Positions 1 through 9,071 of a stretch of 64,000 nucleotides of DNA are shown here, one piece after another. Position 1 is the first letter of the stretch; the number at the start of each line of letters is the position of its first letter. Source of the DNA: a virus; the IMG/VR virus record IMGVR_UViG_3300044946_000177, positions 2,301 to 66,300 of that record. One strand, given 5' to 3'. Under the pieces are notes generated by a model that was not told where the DNA came from, did not search any database, and worked only from the letters and a program-made list of their open reading frames with translations. Made by a program: the position numbers and the translations under genes.

Positions 1-36
1 GTTAATTACGTCATTACTGTCAAGGGGCGGTCCGAA

Positions 37-921
37 TTGGCGCGGGAAGAGAAGCTGCGTGACGGCGTTTTCGCCAAGGCGTTGTCCGAGCAGCGGCGCG
101 AGAGCAGCGACCTGCACGTACACATGACCGTACTCGGTCGCGAGATCGTGTTCGACTTGGTGTACGATCCCGGTTTCATTGCCGATGTCGTGACGAAGCG
201 CTTTCTTGAACATAACGGTGCCTGCGAGCCGGAGACCGTTCATCTCATGCGGCGTGTTCTGCGTCCGGGCGACTTTGCCATTGACGGAGGCGCCAATATT
301 GGTTTTTTCACGATGGTGATGTCTCGCCTGGTCGGCGATTCTTCGACAGGCTCAGAAGGTCATGTCGAGGCGTTCGAGCCGTCAACGGTCAATTTCAAGA
401 AGCTGCGCATCAACGTGGAGCGCAGCCACGCCGAGAACGTCACGGTCATCAATCGCGCCTTGTGGAGCGAGGATACCCAGGTTACGCTTCATCAGCCGGC
501 GGATACCGGCATGAGCAGCTTGGCCCCGTTGCAGGGAACTTTGAACCGGACGCCGGTCGGCGGGCTCACTCTCGACAAGTGGTGTCTTGCTTACGGCCAG
601 AAGCCGCGGCTGCTGAAGCTGGACATCGAAGGCGCTGAGCTGCACGCCTTGATCGGCGCGGGGCAGTTGCTGACGCGAGGAATCGATTTCGTTTGCTGCG
701 AGATGAACCTGCCCGCGCTGGACCGGTTCGGCACCTCGCAGATGGACCTGCGTGACTACATGGCGGGTAAGGGCTACACGACGTTCGAGCTCAGGCAGGA
801 CGGCGGCCGGCCGGTTCCTGTTGATCGGGATCGCTGGCTGGTGTCGGAAGTCGAGAACTTTAACGTGCTGTTCTCGACGGTCGAGCGGGTACATGAGGCT
901 TGGGAGCAACCGCTGTCATGA
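37..921 (+). CDS. FkbM-family SAM-dependent methyltransferase
   Basis: IDGGANIG SAM motif, VEAFEP and LLKLDIEGAE are typical FkbM (Methyltransf_21) motifs. Confidence 0.9.
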   Translation: MAREEKLRDGVFAKALSEQRRESSDLHVHMTVLGREIVFDLVYDPGFIADVVTKRFLEHNGACEPETVHLMRRVLRPGDFAIDGGANIGFFTMVMSRLVGDSSTGSEGHVEAFEPSTVNFKKLRINVERSHAENVTVINRALWSEDTQVTLHQPADTGMSSLAPLQGTLNRTPVGGLTLDKWCLAYGQKPRLLKLDIEGAELHALIGAGQLLTRGIDFVCCEMNLPALDRFGTSQMDLRDYMAGKGYTTFELRQDGGRPVPVDRDRWLVSEVENFNVLFSTVERVHEAWEQPLS

Positions 922-1178
922 GTGAGTGGCAACCGATTGAGACGGCTCCGAAGGATGGGAGCGCGATTCTATGTTTTGGCATTCACGACCATTCCCCCGA
1001 AGACGCGCAGCGGGGAGTGCGTGCGGGCGATCATTGGTGGGCCATCATGCTGTGGGATGTTTGGCGTAATCCTCCTAAGTGGGTCTTGGCTAAAGACGGC
1101 TCTACTACGTGGTCAAACCCAACTCATTGGATGCCTCTCTACCGGAGCCTTCAAAGTGACCGACCGCAAAGCCCTTGA
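918..1178 (+). CDS. DUF551-like phage protein
   Basis: MSEWQPIETAPKDG...PTHWMPL signature; ATG overlaps upstream stop. Confidence 0.8.
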   Translation: MSEWQPIETAPKDGSAILCFGIHDHSPEDAQRGVRAGDHWWAIMLWDVWRNPPKWVLAKDGSTTWSNPTHWMPLYRSLQSDRPQSP

Positions 1179-1485
1179 GAAGCTGTGGGAGCGCGCCGAC
1201 GGCACTTATTTCCGGCGCTATTCTGATCGCTTTTATCACATTCGAAACGCCTATCAGCACGAATGCAGCGGAGAATTCTGGACTCTCGGAGAGCACGAGA
1301 CTAACCGCCGCCGGATCATCTTGTGCCGGGCTGATGCCGAGCAGAAGCCGCTGCCGGACAACAAGGTCATGAAGATCCCGTTCTTGGCGTTTGCGGATGA
1401 GACGATCGAGGATGATGACGATACGCTTTATCCAATTGTCAGGGACATCATGCTGGACGCTTTGAAGAGGGAGAAGTTGAAGTGA
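1156..1485 (+). CDS. hypothetical protein
   Basis: GTG at 1156 after GGAG, in frame with track ORF 922..1485. Confidence 0.6.
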   Translation: MTDRKALEKLWERADGTYFRRYSDRFYHIRNAYQHECSGEFWTLGEHETNRRRIILCRADAEQKPLPDNKVMKIPFLAFADETIEDDDDTLYPIVRDIMLDALKREKLK

Positions 1486-1488
1486 TAC

Positions 1489-1673
1489 TGCTGCGGGGTT
1501 TTGGCTCCAGCAAGCCCGTCGTGAGGAACCGCTAGCGCCGGGACGTGAACTGCCCACGATATGCCGCGGTGAACGACGACCAACTAGGTTGGCATGGTAA
1601 CAGACGCGAAGGTGGCTCAACTGAGAGGAAGGCCCGCAGCGCGCCGCAGTCGTGACAGCCGGAGAGACGGCAC
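1489..1673 (+). ncRNA. candidate structured RNA in intergenic gap
   Basis: Nested helices 1490-1497/1633-1640, 1517-1522/1573-1578, 1528-1532/1566-1570; hairpins 1580-1592 and 1652-1673. Confidence 0.4.
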
Positions 1674-1688
1674 CTTTAGGAGACGATA

Positions 1689-1904
1689 ATGTCGTGGAGT
1701 CAAAGTGTTTTCTCTTCCGTCGTCTCCGAAGTCGGCTATGACTCGGATACGGGTGAATTGCTCGTAACCTGGAGTAAATCAGGTAAGGTCTCCGCTTACC
1801 AGGGCGTCCCCGAGGATGTCGCCCAGAGGCTTGCCAACGCGCCGTCGGTCGGGCAGATGATCAATGACGAGATCAAGCCGTATTACTCTCACAGCTATAG
1901 GTGA
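1689..1904 (+). CDS. KTSC domain protein
   Basis: SSVVSEVGYD...LLVTW...YQGVP...APSVGQMIN pattern; AGGAG RBS. Confidence 0.85.
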   Translation: MSWSQSVFSSVVSEVGYDSDTGELLVTWSKSGKVSAYQGVPEDVAQRLANAPSVGQMINDEIKPYYSHSYR

Positions 1905-1907
1905 TTC

Positions 1908-2117
1908 ATGCCTGCCGGAAAGTGTGTAGGAGGCCCGTATGCGGGATATTTTTGTGCGCGCCCAACAACTGGATTCGAAGTTTTTATTAAGGTTGGCGAT
2001 AGGATTTTTTCAGAGCGGTATGCGTGGGTGAAAGGTGACGTATGGTTGTGGCGCGGTCCCGCGTTTACAAAAGAATTAGGATTGTGCGATGCTTCTGGAG
2101 GATTACGACTGGACTGA
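1908..2117 (+). CDS. hypothetical protein
   Basis: Tightly packed ORF with CVGGP motif common in small phage proteins. Confidence 0.55.
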   Translation: MPAGKCVGGPYAGYFCARPTTGFEVFIKVGDRIFSERYAWVKGDVWLWRGPAFTKELGLCDASGGLRLD

Positions 2118-2520
2118 CGACCACCGAAAGAACGTAGAATTCGCCTACGCTTTCATCCGCGAGCGCGTAGCAAAAGGCGGAAAAGGTTGGAGAGGGTATC
2201 CGATGAACGACGTAATGATCGACCTATTGGCGACGCACGAGAAGTTTGTTGCGCACCTTTTTCCTGCCTATTCGTCTTCGGACGAGCGTTTTTTAGCGCT
2301 TGGTCTTTGCGGAGAAGCGGGTGAACTGGCGAACATGATCAAGAAGCGTTGGCGGGATGGCGCTGATTTTACCGAAGAAATTAGGGACGAGATTGCTGAT
2401 GTTAGGATGTATCTTGAGTTGCTTGCCAAATGTTTTGGTATAGAGGGCGTTAAGTTGGATGAGCGCGTTCAACAAAAGTTGCAAAAAGTTGTCGAGAAGC
2501 ATAAAGGACGCTTGACGTGA
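2089..2520 (+). CDS. mazG: MazG-like nucleotide pyrophosphohydrolase (alternative start 2203)
   Basis: LGLCGEAGELANMIKK...IRDEIADV acidic motif. Confidence 0.85.
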   Translation: MLLEDYDWTDDHRKNVEFAYAFIRERVAKGGKGWRGYPMNDVMIDLLATHEKFVAHLFPAYSSSDERFLALGLCGEAGELANMIKKRWRDGADFTEEIRDEIADVRMYLELLAKCFGIEGVKLDERVQQKLQKVVEKHKGRLT

Positions 2521-2786
2521 ACGACGGCCAACCCCTTGTCGAGCGCCCTGATCAAAAGATCGCGGAGCGTTTCCGTGTCATGGCGGAACGGATCGAACGC
2601 AATCCTCAAGAGTTTGGCGGCGCCTGCGTGATCGTCCCGCCCGGCGGTACTGAGCCGATTGAGTTCCTGTTGATCGATGCGAAGGGGGACGCAGCCCAAT
2701 TTTATGGGACCATAAAAAGCAAGCTGGAGATACAGTTGGAGGAGTTGCGGGCGGCGCAGCAGAAGCAACAGCATTGGGGGCGTTGA
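2517..2786 (+). CDS. hypothetical protein
   Basis: GTGA-coupled ORF before terminase. Confidence 0.7.
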   Translation: MNDGQPLVERPDQKIAERFRVMAERIERNPQEFGGACVIVPPGGTEPIEFLLIDAKGDAAQFYGTIKSKLEIQLEELRAAQQKQQHWGR

Positions 2787-2817
2787 AATTCGACCGCAAG
2801 TGTAATAGCTTGTCACC

Positions 2818-4749
2818 ATGGCAGGCTGGAGCGAAGCGAAAAGGGATCGCGTCGAGGCGGCGTTCTACGCTTTCCTCGCGAAATGTTTCATCAATTCAAA
2901 AGACAAGGGGCGCATTTGCCTAGGCGAGCATCTCTACGACGGGCAGATGCAGTTCATAACAGCCGTCTTTGACGCGCTGGAAGCGGACATCCATCACATT
3001 TATTGCCTCAAGAGCCGGCAGCTTGGCATTTCTACGATCGTTCGCGCCTTGATCGCGTTCTACGTCGGCATTCACGACGGTCTCAAAGGCGCTTTGATCT
3101 TCGACACAAGTCCCCACAAGGAGAGCGCGCGCAAGGAGCTCGTCACGCTCATAAAGAACTTGCCGCGCAGCCTGCGCTTTCCGGAAGTTCAGGGGACCGG
3201 GTCGGGCAATCGCGAGAGCCTGACCCTGATGAACGAGTCGGTGATTCTCTTCATGTCGGCCGGCGTCAAGGAGAGCAAGTCCAGCGGTACGCTGGGCCGC
3301 TCCGAGGGTTTGACCGTCGCGCATCTCAGCGAGCTTTGCTCGTACGAAAATCCTACTGGCATAAAAGCTCTGGAACAGTCGTTTTCTGACGAGCATCCAG
3401 ATCGGCTTTACATTTACGAGTCGACCGCCCGCGGTTACAATATGTGGAAAACGATGTGGGATAAAGCGAAGGCCGACCCCCATCATTGCAAGTGTCTATT
3501 TCTCGGTTGGTTTTCGAAGCCTAGCCAGAGCATCCCCAAAGAGCATGCCGATTTTCAATTGTATGGACTCGCCCCACCGACGACGGAAGAGGCGGTTCGG
3601 ATCAAGGCAGTGAGGGACCAGTACGGCCACGTCATAACGCCCGAGCAGCTGGCTTGGATTCGCAAGAAGGTGAATCCCGAGGTGAACGCTGAGAACGACT
3701 CGGCTGTTGAGGAAGACGACACGATCATGCTTGCCGAGCAGGCCTGGACGGAAGAGGAGGCTTGGCAGCAGACGGGATCGGTATTTTTTGCCGGCGCCGA
3801 CTTGACCGACATGACGAACAAGCATGTCAGTCGCAAGTTCAAGTCTTTTATGTTCCTGGCTGGCGAAGAGTTCGCCGACATGAAAATTTACCGGTCGGAG
3901 AATCCCCGGTCGACCGAGTTGAAGGTGTGGGAAGAACCAGCCCCGGAGGGCGTCTATGTCGCAGGAGTCGATCCCGCCTATGGAGAAAACGAGAACAACT
4001 GCAATTCTGCAATTCAAATCCTTCGATGCTATGCGGACGGGGTCGACCAAGTTGCTGAGTACGCTTGGCCTCTCCAAACAACACGTCATCTTGCATGGAC
4101 CTTGGCGGCTATCTTGGGATGGTACGGCGCTAGTCCTAGAGCCGTTATCCGATACATCCTCGAACTCAACGGTCCCGGCACCGCCGTCTACAACGAAATA
4201 AAGGCGTTGAAGTTCTACATCGAGAACGCGACTTATGTTCAGAAGCCGCTGGAAGAACGCGGGCTCATGAATCTATTTCAGAACGTTAAGACTTATATTT
4301 ACACCCGTCCGGATTCGATGGGGCCGGGGTATAATTATCACTGGCTTACGAATACCCGTTTGAAGATCACGATCATGGAGCAGCTGCGCGATATTGCGTC
4401 CAACGGCAAGTTGCGCATCCGGTCCATGGATCTGATCGAGGAGATGCGGTCGATCTCGCGGGAGGGCGATTCGATCGGGGCGCCGTCGTCGATGCGTGAT
4501 GACCGGGCGGTTGCAATGGCGCTCGCCAATTATTATTGGATGACCAAGATTCGCCAGGGGCTGATTGGCGAGCGGCGCACCCGCGCCGCGGAGGAATCCC
4601 GGCAGCGGCTGTCGATAGTTGACCAGGTGACGCTTTTCAACCAGAATAGCTTGGAGACGTTTTTTGCAGCCAAGCAGGCGGGGCGGCGCCGAGATGCAGT
4701 TGTCGCCACTCGCAATGCCTGGCGCTACGGCACAGGTCGGAGGTATTAA
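2818..4749 (+). CDS. terL: terminase large subunit
   Basis: LKSRQLGIST Walker A, HLSE Walker B variant, YESTARG motif III, VAGVDPA and DDRAVA RNase H-like motifs. Confidence 0.95.
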   Translation: MAGWSEAKRDRVEAAFYAFLAKCFINSKDKGRICLGEHLYDGQMQFITAVFDALEADIHHIYCLKSRQLGISTIVRALIAFYVGIHDGLKGALIFDTSPHKESARKELVTLIKNLPRSLRFPEVQGTGSGNRESLTLMNESVILFMSAGVKESKSSGTLGRSEGLTVAHLSELCSYENPTGIKALEQSFSDEHPDRLYIYESTARGYNMWKTMWDKAKADPHHCKCLFLGWFSKPSQSIPKEHADFQLYGLAPPTTEEAVRIKAVRDQYGHVITPEQLAWIRKKVNPEVNAENDSAVEEDDTIMLAEQAWTEEEAWQQTGSVFFAGADLTDMTNKHVSRKFKSFMFLAGEEFADMKIYRSENPRSTELKVWEEPAPEGVYVAGVDPAYGENENNCNSAIQILRCYADGVDQVAEYAWPLQTTRHLAWTLAAILGWYGASPRAVIRYILELNGPGTAVYNEIKALKFYIENATYVQKPLEERGLMNLFQNVKTYIYTRPDSMGPGYNYHWLTNTRLKITIMEQLRDIASNGKLRIRSMDLIEEMRSISREGDSIGAPSSMRDDRAVAMALANYYWMTKIRQGLIGERRTRAAEESRQRLSIVDQVTLFNQNSLETFFAAKQAGRRRDAVVATRNAWRYGTGRRY

Positions 4750-4750
4750 G

Positions 4751-4951
4751 ATGTTGGATCGTAGAGCATTGTTCGGTTGGATTGCTGCGATGCCAATAGC
4801 GGTGCGCGAGGCTATTAAGAATCCGCCGCGCGTTTTTCAAAAATTTGGCGGCGCCGGCATCGTGACTTTGGCGCAAGTTCGGGAAGGTGCCGTTATCAGG
4901 CTTGAAGAAGAGCGATTGGCGGCGCTTCCTGACCTCTATGAATACGATTAG
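4751..4951 (+). CDS. small hypothetical protein with RR-type N-terminus
   Basis: ATG right after terL stop; MLDRRALF. Confidence 0.55.
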   Translation: MLDRRALFGWIAAMPIAVREAIKNPPRVFQKFGGAGIVTLAQVREGAVIRLEEERLAALPDLYEYD

Positions 4952-5074
4952 TCGGCCGCATAACGAGGGCCGGAGCGGAGGTCCGATAACGGAAGGTGGG
5001 ATGCGGGGCCGACCCTCATACGTGGGGTTCTTTACCGTCACAATGCCGCCGATCCGCTCAACCATTATGGAGTC

Positions 5075-5656
5075 TTGATGGCCGTCGTCATCCGTTGCCC
5101 TGCTTGCCGGACCAAGTTTCGGTGGCTCGCCGAGACCGAGGCGTATCCGTCCGATTGCCCGCAATGCGGGGCCTATGTAGGGCACGATCGCGCTGACGAT
5201 GACGTCGTCATGCCGAATATCCTGAGTTTCGCTAACCGTTGCTCGGACGGCGTCTACAAGGCGATGGAGAAGGCGTCCCAGGAGCGGGTTTATCAGGCCG
5301 CCGAGATGGCGGGTTGCGACGCTTCCGACATGGCCGACCTCAAGATTACCAATCTCCGCGACAATATGAAGCAGGGCGAGATCGCTGCCATGCCGGTGGT
5401 TAACGACCTGACCAGGCACATGGATGCCATGCGGGCAAGAAATCCCAATGCGCATGTCGGCTTTGGTTCAGATCATAATTCGATCGCAATGGAGTATGCG
5501 GCTGGTGCCGCTACGGGACATATCGCTCAAGGCGTCCCAGGGTCGATTTTGCCGCGCCGGGGCGCACAGGTGGGAACGGCTTTGACATCTGCGCATGCGG
5601 AAAAGGCGGACGCCGTGTTGCAGGCATCGTACATGAGCAAGGGGTACCTTCGGTGA
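5075..5656 (+). CDS. Zn-ribbon hypothetical protein
   Basis: CPAC...CPQC; GGAG RBS. Confidence 0.75.
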   Translation: MMAVVIRCPACRTKFRWLAETEAYPSDCPQCGAYVGHDRADDDVVMPNILSFANRCSDGVYKAMEKASQERVYQAAEMAGCDASDMADLKITNLRDNMKQGEIAAMPVVNDLTRHMDAMRARNPNAHVGFGSDHNSIAMEYAAGAATGHIAQGVPGSILPRRGAQVGTALTSAHAEKADAVLQASYMSKGYLR

Positions 5657-5892
5657 TGACGAACTATCAGTCACTCGAAGCTTTTTTTGAATCCAACGCT
5701 GAGAGGCACGATGCAAATGCTGCGCGGCATATTGCTGACGGCCGCCCCGATTATGCGCTAGGTAGTTTACGTAAGGCTGCCAAGTGGCGGGCTAAGAAGT
5801 CGTTTTTTGACGTGCCGCCACATCTTAAGGAAGTGTACGCAATTACCAAAAGGAATTTTGATCGGTTGCTGTATGAAAGTATCGTGAAATGA
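5653..5892 (+). CDS. small protein with capsid- and terminase-like peptide segments
   Basis: Coupled to both neighbours; see findings. Confidence 0.65.
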   Translation: MMTNYQSLEAFFESNAERHDANAARHIADGRPDYALGSLRKAAKWRAKKSFFDVPPHLKEVYAITKRNFDRLLYESIVK

Positions 5893-7634
5893 TAACGGTC
5901 CCCACCGACTACAACAAGCTTCTCCAATTCGCCCGCGACATGGTCGAGCAGTGCCGGGTGTCGTCGGCTTCACGGTCCGCTTATTACATGAGCCTCAATC
6001 AGATCGCCGAGACCGGCCGCTATGACGGCAACAAGGCGCTGATCAACAAGATCGACCCCCATCTTTCCCGGATCGCCGCTCACATTTTCTCCCCCGTCGA
6101 GTTGAAATTCACGATCGATTACGATCGCATGCATCCGAGGCAGGATTTGGATCGGGCGCGCGTGGCCGCGATGCAACTTACGCGCCAGTGGGATCGGACA
6201 TCGACCGATATTTTGTATGGACGGGGCGTATTCGAGAGTCTCAAGTACGGGTGGTGCGGCATCAAGCAGTGGCCGCAGTCCGAGGGGTCGGATGAAACTT
6301 ATCGGCAGTACGCGCGCCTCGTCATGCCTTGGAATTTCGGAGTTTACAATGAAGCCGAGACTGACATTTCGCGGCAGATTGCTACTTGCGAAACGGTTGC
6401 ATTGACGCTTCCAGAGGTGTGGCGGCGAATCTGGCACCTTCCGAAAGCTGAGAAGCTGTTCGAGCGTATTCGAGCGCACGCAGCGCCGGGGCAGAGTCAC
6501 GATGCCAACCAGTCGTTCTTCCATCAGGTGCTGTCGACCAACCAGATTCAGACGCAGAATCCCAACGGATTTTCCGGCACGTTGCCCGGCGGCATGGTGA
6601 ACGTATCGAGCGGTGGCAGCTTCCAGATCATGGGGCCGCAGGTCGCCGCTGAGACGTGCACGATGCACGAACTTTGGATTCAGGGGCATGATGACTATGT
6701 CACGCTGCAGCTGATCGAGCCCGATATTCTGGTTTCGCCGCCCGTGATGGATGGCAAGGTGCTGAAGCACTCTAATTTGCTCGGGCTTATCTCTCATCAG
6801 CAGCCGATTCGGTCAATCCAAGTCAACGAGACCAGCGGGTGGTTCTGGGGCAAGAGCGAGTTGGTCAATCTGGCCGAACCGCAGTCGTTTCTTGCTGGCC
6901 TTCTGGACGACATGCGGCGGCTGATCGGTCTGCAGGTCGACCGGATTCTGTTCTTCACCGGTGAGAACCGGATTACCGACGAGCTTTATGGGCAGATGCG
7001 GATGGCCGGTTTCGGCAGCAGCGACCCCAACATGAAGGTTGAGGATCTGACTCCACCGTTCTCGTCCGACCTGCTTCCCGTGATCAAGTTTGTAATCGAG
7101 CAGATGGATATCAACTCGGGTTTTCCGCCGATCATGCAGGGACAGGGTGAGCAGGGGGTCCGAGCGGGTTCGCATGCGGGCACGCTGATGAAGACGGCTT
7201 CGCCCACGTTGCGCGATCGCGCCCTGATCGCCGAGCGTAACTGTGCGGTTGCCGCCGATCTCACGATGGAGATCAAGGAGGCCAAGGACGATTCGACCTA
7301 TTGGACCAAGGCCGACACCATCCAGGATGTGCGGCAGACCGAGTTCAAGCTGACCGATTTGCCTGATGATTGGCGTGTCACCGTCGATTCACATTCGTCC
7401 AGCCCGATCTTCAGCGACGAGAATGCGCAGCTGATCTTGGCCGCCCATGCAAAAGGACTGGTGCAGACCGAATACGTGCTTAACAACATGCCGTTCCCTA
7501 ATCGGGAGGACGCCCTGGCTCAGAACCGCGAGGCGGATAAGAACAAGCAGGCGATGATTCGGCAGTTGATGCAGGAGAATCCGGAGGCGGCCGAGAAGGT
7601 GTTGGCTCGGACGCTCGGCGGTGGACGGCGATGA
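5889..7634 (+). CDS. portal protein
   Basis: 581 aa between terL and head genes; QGEQGVRAG segment; size and position. Confidence 0.85.
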   Translation: MITVPTDYNKLLQFARDMVEQCRVSSASRSAYYMSLNQIAETGRYDGNKALINKIDPHLSRIAAHIFSPVELKFTIDYDRMHPRQDLDRARVAAMQLTRQWDRTSTDILYGRGVFESLKYGWCGIKQWPQSEGSDETYRQYARLVMPWNFGVYNEAETDISRQIATCETVALTLPEVWRRIWHLPKAEKLFERIRAHAAPGQSHDANQSFFHQVLSTNQIQTQNPNGFSGTLPGGMVNVSSGGSFQIMGPQVAAETCTMHELWIQGHDDYVTLQLIEPDILVSPPVMDGKVLKHSNLLGLISHQQPIRSIQVNETSGWFWGKSELVNLAEPQSFLAGLLDDMRRLIGLQVDRILFFTGENRITDELYGQMRMAGFGSSDPNMKVEDLTPPFSSDLLPVIKFVIEQMDINSGFPPIMQGQGEQGVRAGSHAGTLMKTASPTLRDRALIAERNCAVAADLTMEIKEAKDDSTYWTKADTIQDVRQTEFKLTDLPDDWRVTVDSHSSSPIFSDENAQLILAAHAKGLVQTEYVLNNMPFPNREDALAQNREADKNKQAMIRQLMQENPEAAEKVLARTLGGGRR

Positions 7635-7697
7635 TTCGTTTGATTGCTTTCACGATGTCTTTTGTTGCGAGTTGTCGCGCAGCTTTGAAGGCTTCTA

Positions 7698-8081
7698 TCA
7701 GCTAGGAAACCTCCCATTAGGCCCAAATCCCGGCATCCCCGGTGGGATTGCCTGCAGCATCGGCATCCCGCCCTGCTGATTGCGGCGCGCCTGCCGGATT
7801 TGCGGGTCGGCGTCAGCGATCTCGTTGGCCTTCAGCTTGGTGCGCACGAGATGCAGTTCGCGCTCGATGTGGGCGAGTTTGGACTGTTCCATGTCTTCGA
7901 GCATGACGCCGTAAATACATTCTTGAAAAAAAGTAGCTTCTTGTCCGAAGTCGTCGACTAGAATCACTCGGTCAGGTCCGTCGGATATATGTCCGCGGTG
8001 CTGTTCCGCTTTTTCGCGGTCTTTGTACAGCAATGTCCACATCATTGGGCCGGGTCCGAAAACGATCGTCAGACTGAACAT
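7698..8081 (-). CDS. hypothetical protein
   Basis: GAGG RBS; overlaps upstream HTH gene. Confidence 0.7.
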   Translation of the reverse strand: MFSLTIVFGPGPMMWTLLYKDREKAEQHRGHISDGPDRVILVDDFGQEATFFQECIYGVMLEDMEQSKLAHIERELHLVRTKLKANEIADADPQIRQARRNQQGGMPMLQAIPPGMPGFGPNGRFPS

Positions 8082-8269
8082 TTTTTATCCTCATTTGTTT
8101 CGATCCACTTTTCGTACCAGTCCTTCCGGATCAGGTAGCGCGCTCCGTAGCGTTTGAATTGAGGCCCGTCGCCGCGGCGCAGGATGCGCCTGAAGGCGTC
8201 GTAATGCACGCCCATGTCGGCGCAGATTTGTTTGGGTGTAAGCCACCGTTTCGACAGGACATCGACCAT
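8069..8269 (-). CDS. excisionase/AlpA-like HTH protein
   Basis: WLTPKQICADMGV...GDGPQFKRYGARYLI. Confidence 0.75.
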   Translation of the reverse strand: MVDVLSKRWLTPKQICADMGVHYDAFRRILRRGDGPQFKRYGARYLIRKDWYEKWIETNEDKKCSV

Positions 8270-8401
8270 GTTGGCTGAACCTACCCGCTTTTACGGCCTG
8301 TTGCAACCCTCTGCGGTCTTATCAAACCACGTAGGTCGATCTCGCCAAGCGTCGGATACTCCAGCTGTTTTGGACCAACCCCTCACACTAGGAGATCTTC
8401 A

Positions 8402-8443
8402 ATGATCCGTAATCGTCGGCGAGGGCGCAAGGGCCGCCACTGA
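8402..8443 (+). CDS. 13-aa Arg-rich peptide MIRNRRRGRKGRH
   Basis: AGGAG RBS at 8390; TGATG overlap with 8443 ORF. Confidence 0.5.
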   Translation: MIRNRRRGRKGRH

Positions 8444-8853
8444 TGCCCGAGCCCGTTCCTGCAGGGTCGGGGCTTCCCCGGCCACAACAGACGCAATCGC
8501 CCCCGATGGGTGTCAGCCCGGCAACGGGTCCGACTCCCAATAAGGGGTACGAGGCGGCTGCCATGCAGCGGCTGGGCTTAGTGATCAAGCAACTTACTGA
8601 CATCTTGCCGCTGGCGGGCGCGACGTCCGACATCGGCAAGACCGTTCTTGATGTTCTCGGCAAGCTCGCCAAGCACGTTCCGGCGGGGTCGAACACGCAG
8701 GCGTCCGAGCGCAATGCGATCGATCAGATGGCCATGAAGAACGCGCAGGCCGCGCAGACCAATAAGACGCTGCAGCAGCCGCAAGGCCAACAGGGCGGGC
8801 AGCCGCCTGGTGGCGGCCAAGGCATGCCGCCCGGCATGGGGATGGCCGCATGA
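8443..8853 (+). CDS. head-region hypothetical protein
   Basis: Pro/Gln-rich ORF in head operon. Confidence 0.75.
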   Translation: MPEPVPAGSGLPRPQQTQSPPMGVSPATGPTPNKGYEAAAMQRLGLVIKQLTDILPLAGATSDIGKTVLDVLGKLAKHVPAGSNTQASERNAIDQMAMKNAQAAQTNKTLQQPQGQQGGQPPGGGQGMPPGMGMAA

Positions 8854-9059
8854 ACCTTTTTGAAGACAAGACGCCGATGCCGGACAACGCGCATGTCAAG
8901 CGCGCGGGCGGCGATACGGTGTTTCTTGGACCGGCGCCGCCGCGCAGCGATGCGCCCGTGCGCGTCTCGCAGACGCTGCAGGAGCGCTACGCTGATCGAG
9001 CCGATGACGCTCAGAGCGTCGTCAACGTCATTCGCCCGCGTCGCGGGCACGGTTATTGA
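8850..9059 (+). CDS. hypothetical protein
   Basis: ATGA coupling. Confidence 0.65.
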   Translation: MNLFEDKTPMPDNAHVKRAGGDTVFLGPAPPRSDAPVRVSQTLQERYADRADDAQSVVNVIRPRRGHGY

Positions 9060-9071
9060 GGAGCCTGGCTC

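Noticed and set aside
1008-1034. GVRAGDH in DUF551 versus portal GVRAGSH; likewise DELYG in the 46412 ORF versus portal
   Set aside because: Too short to separate from chance; worth including in the mimic statistics
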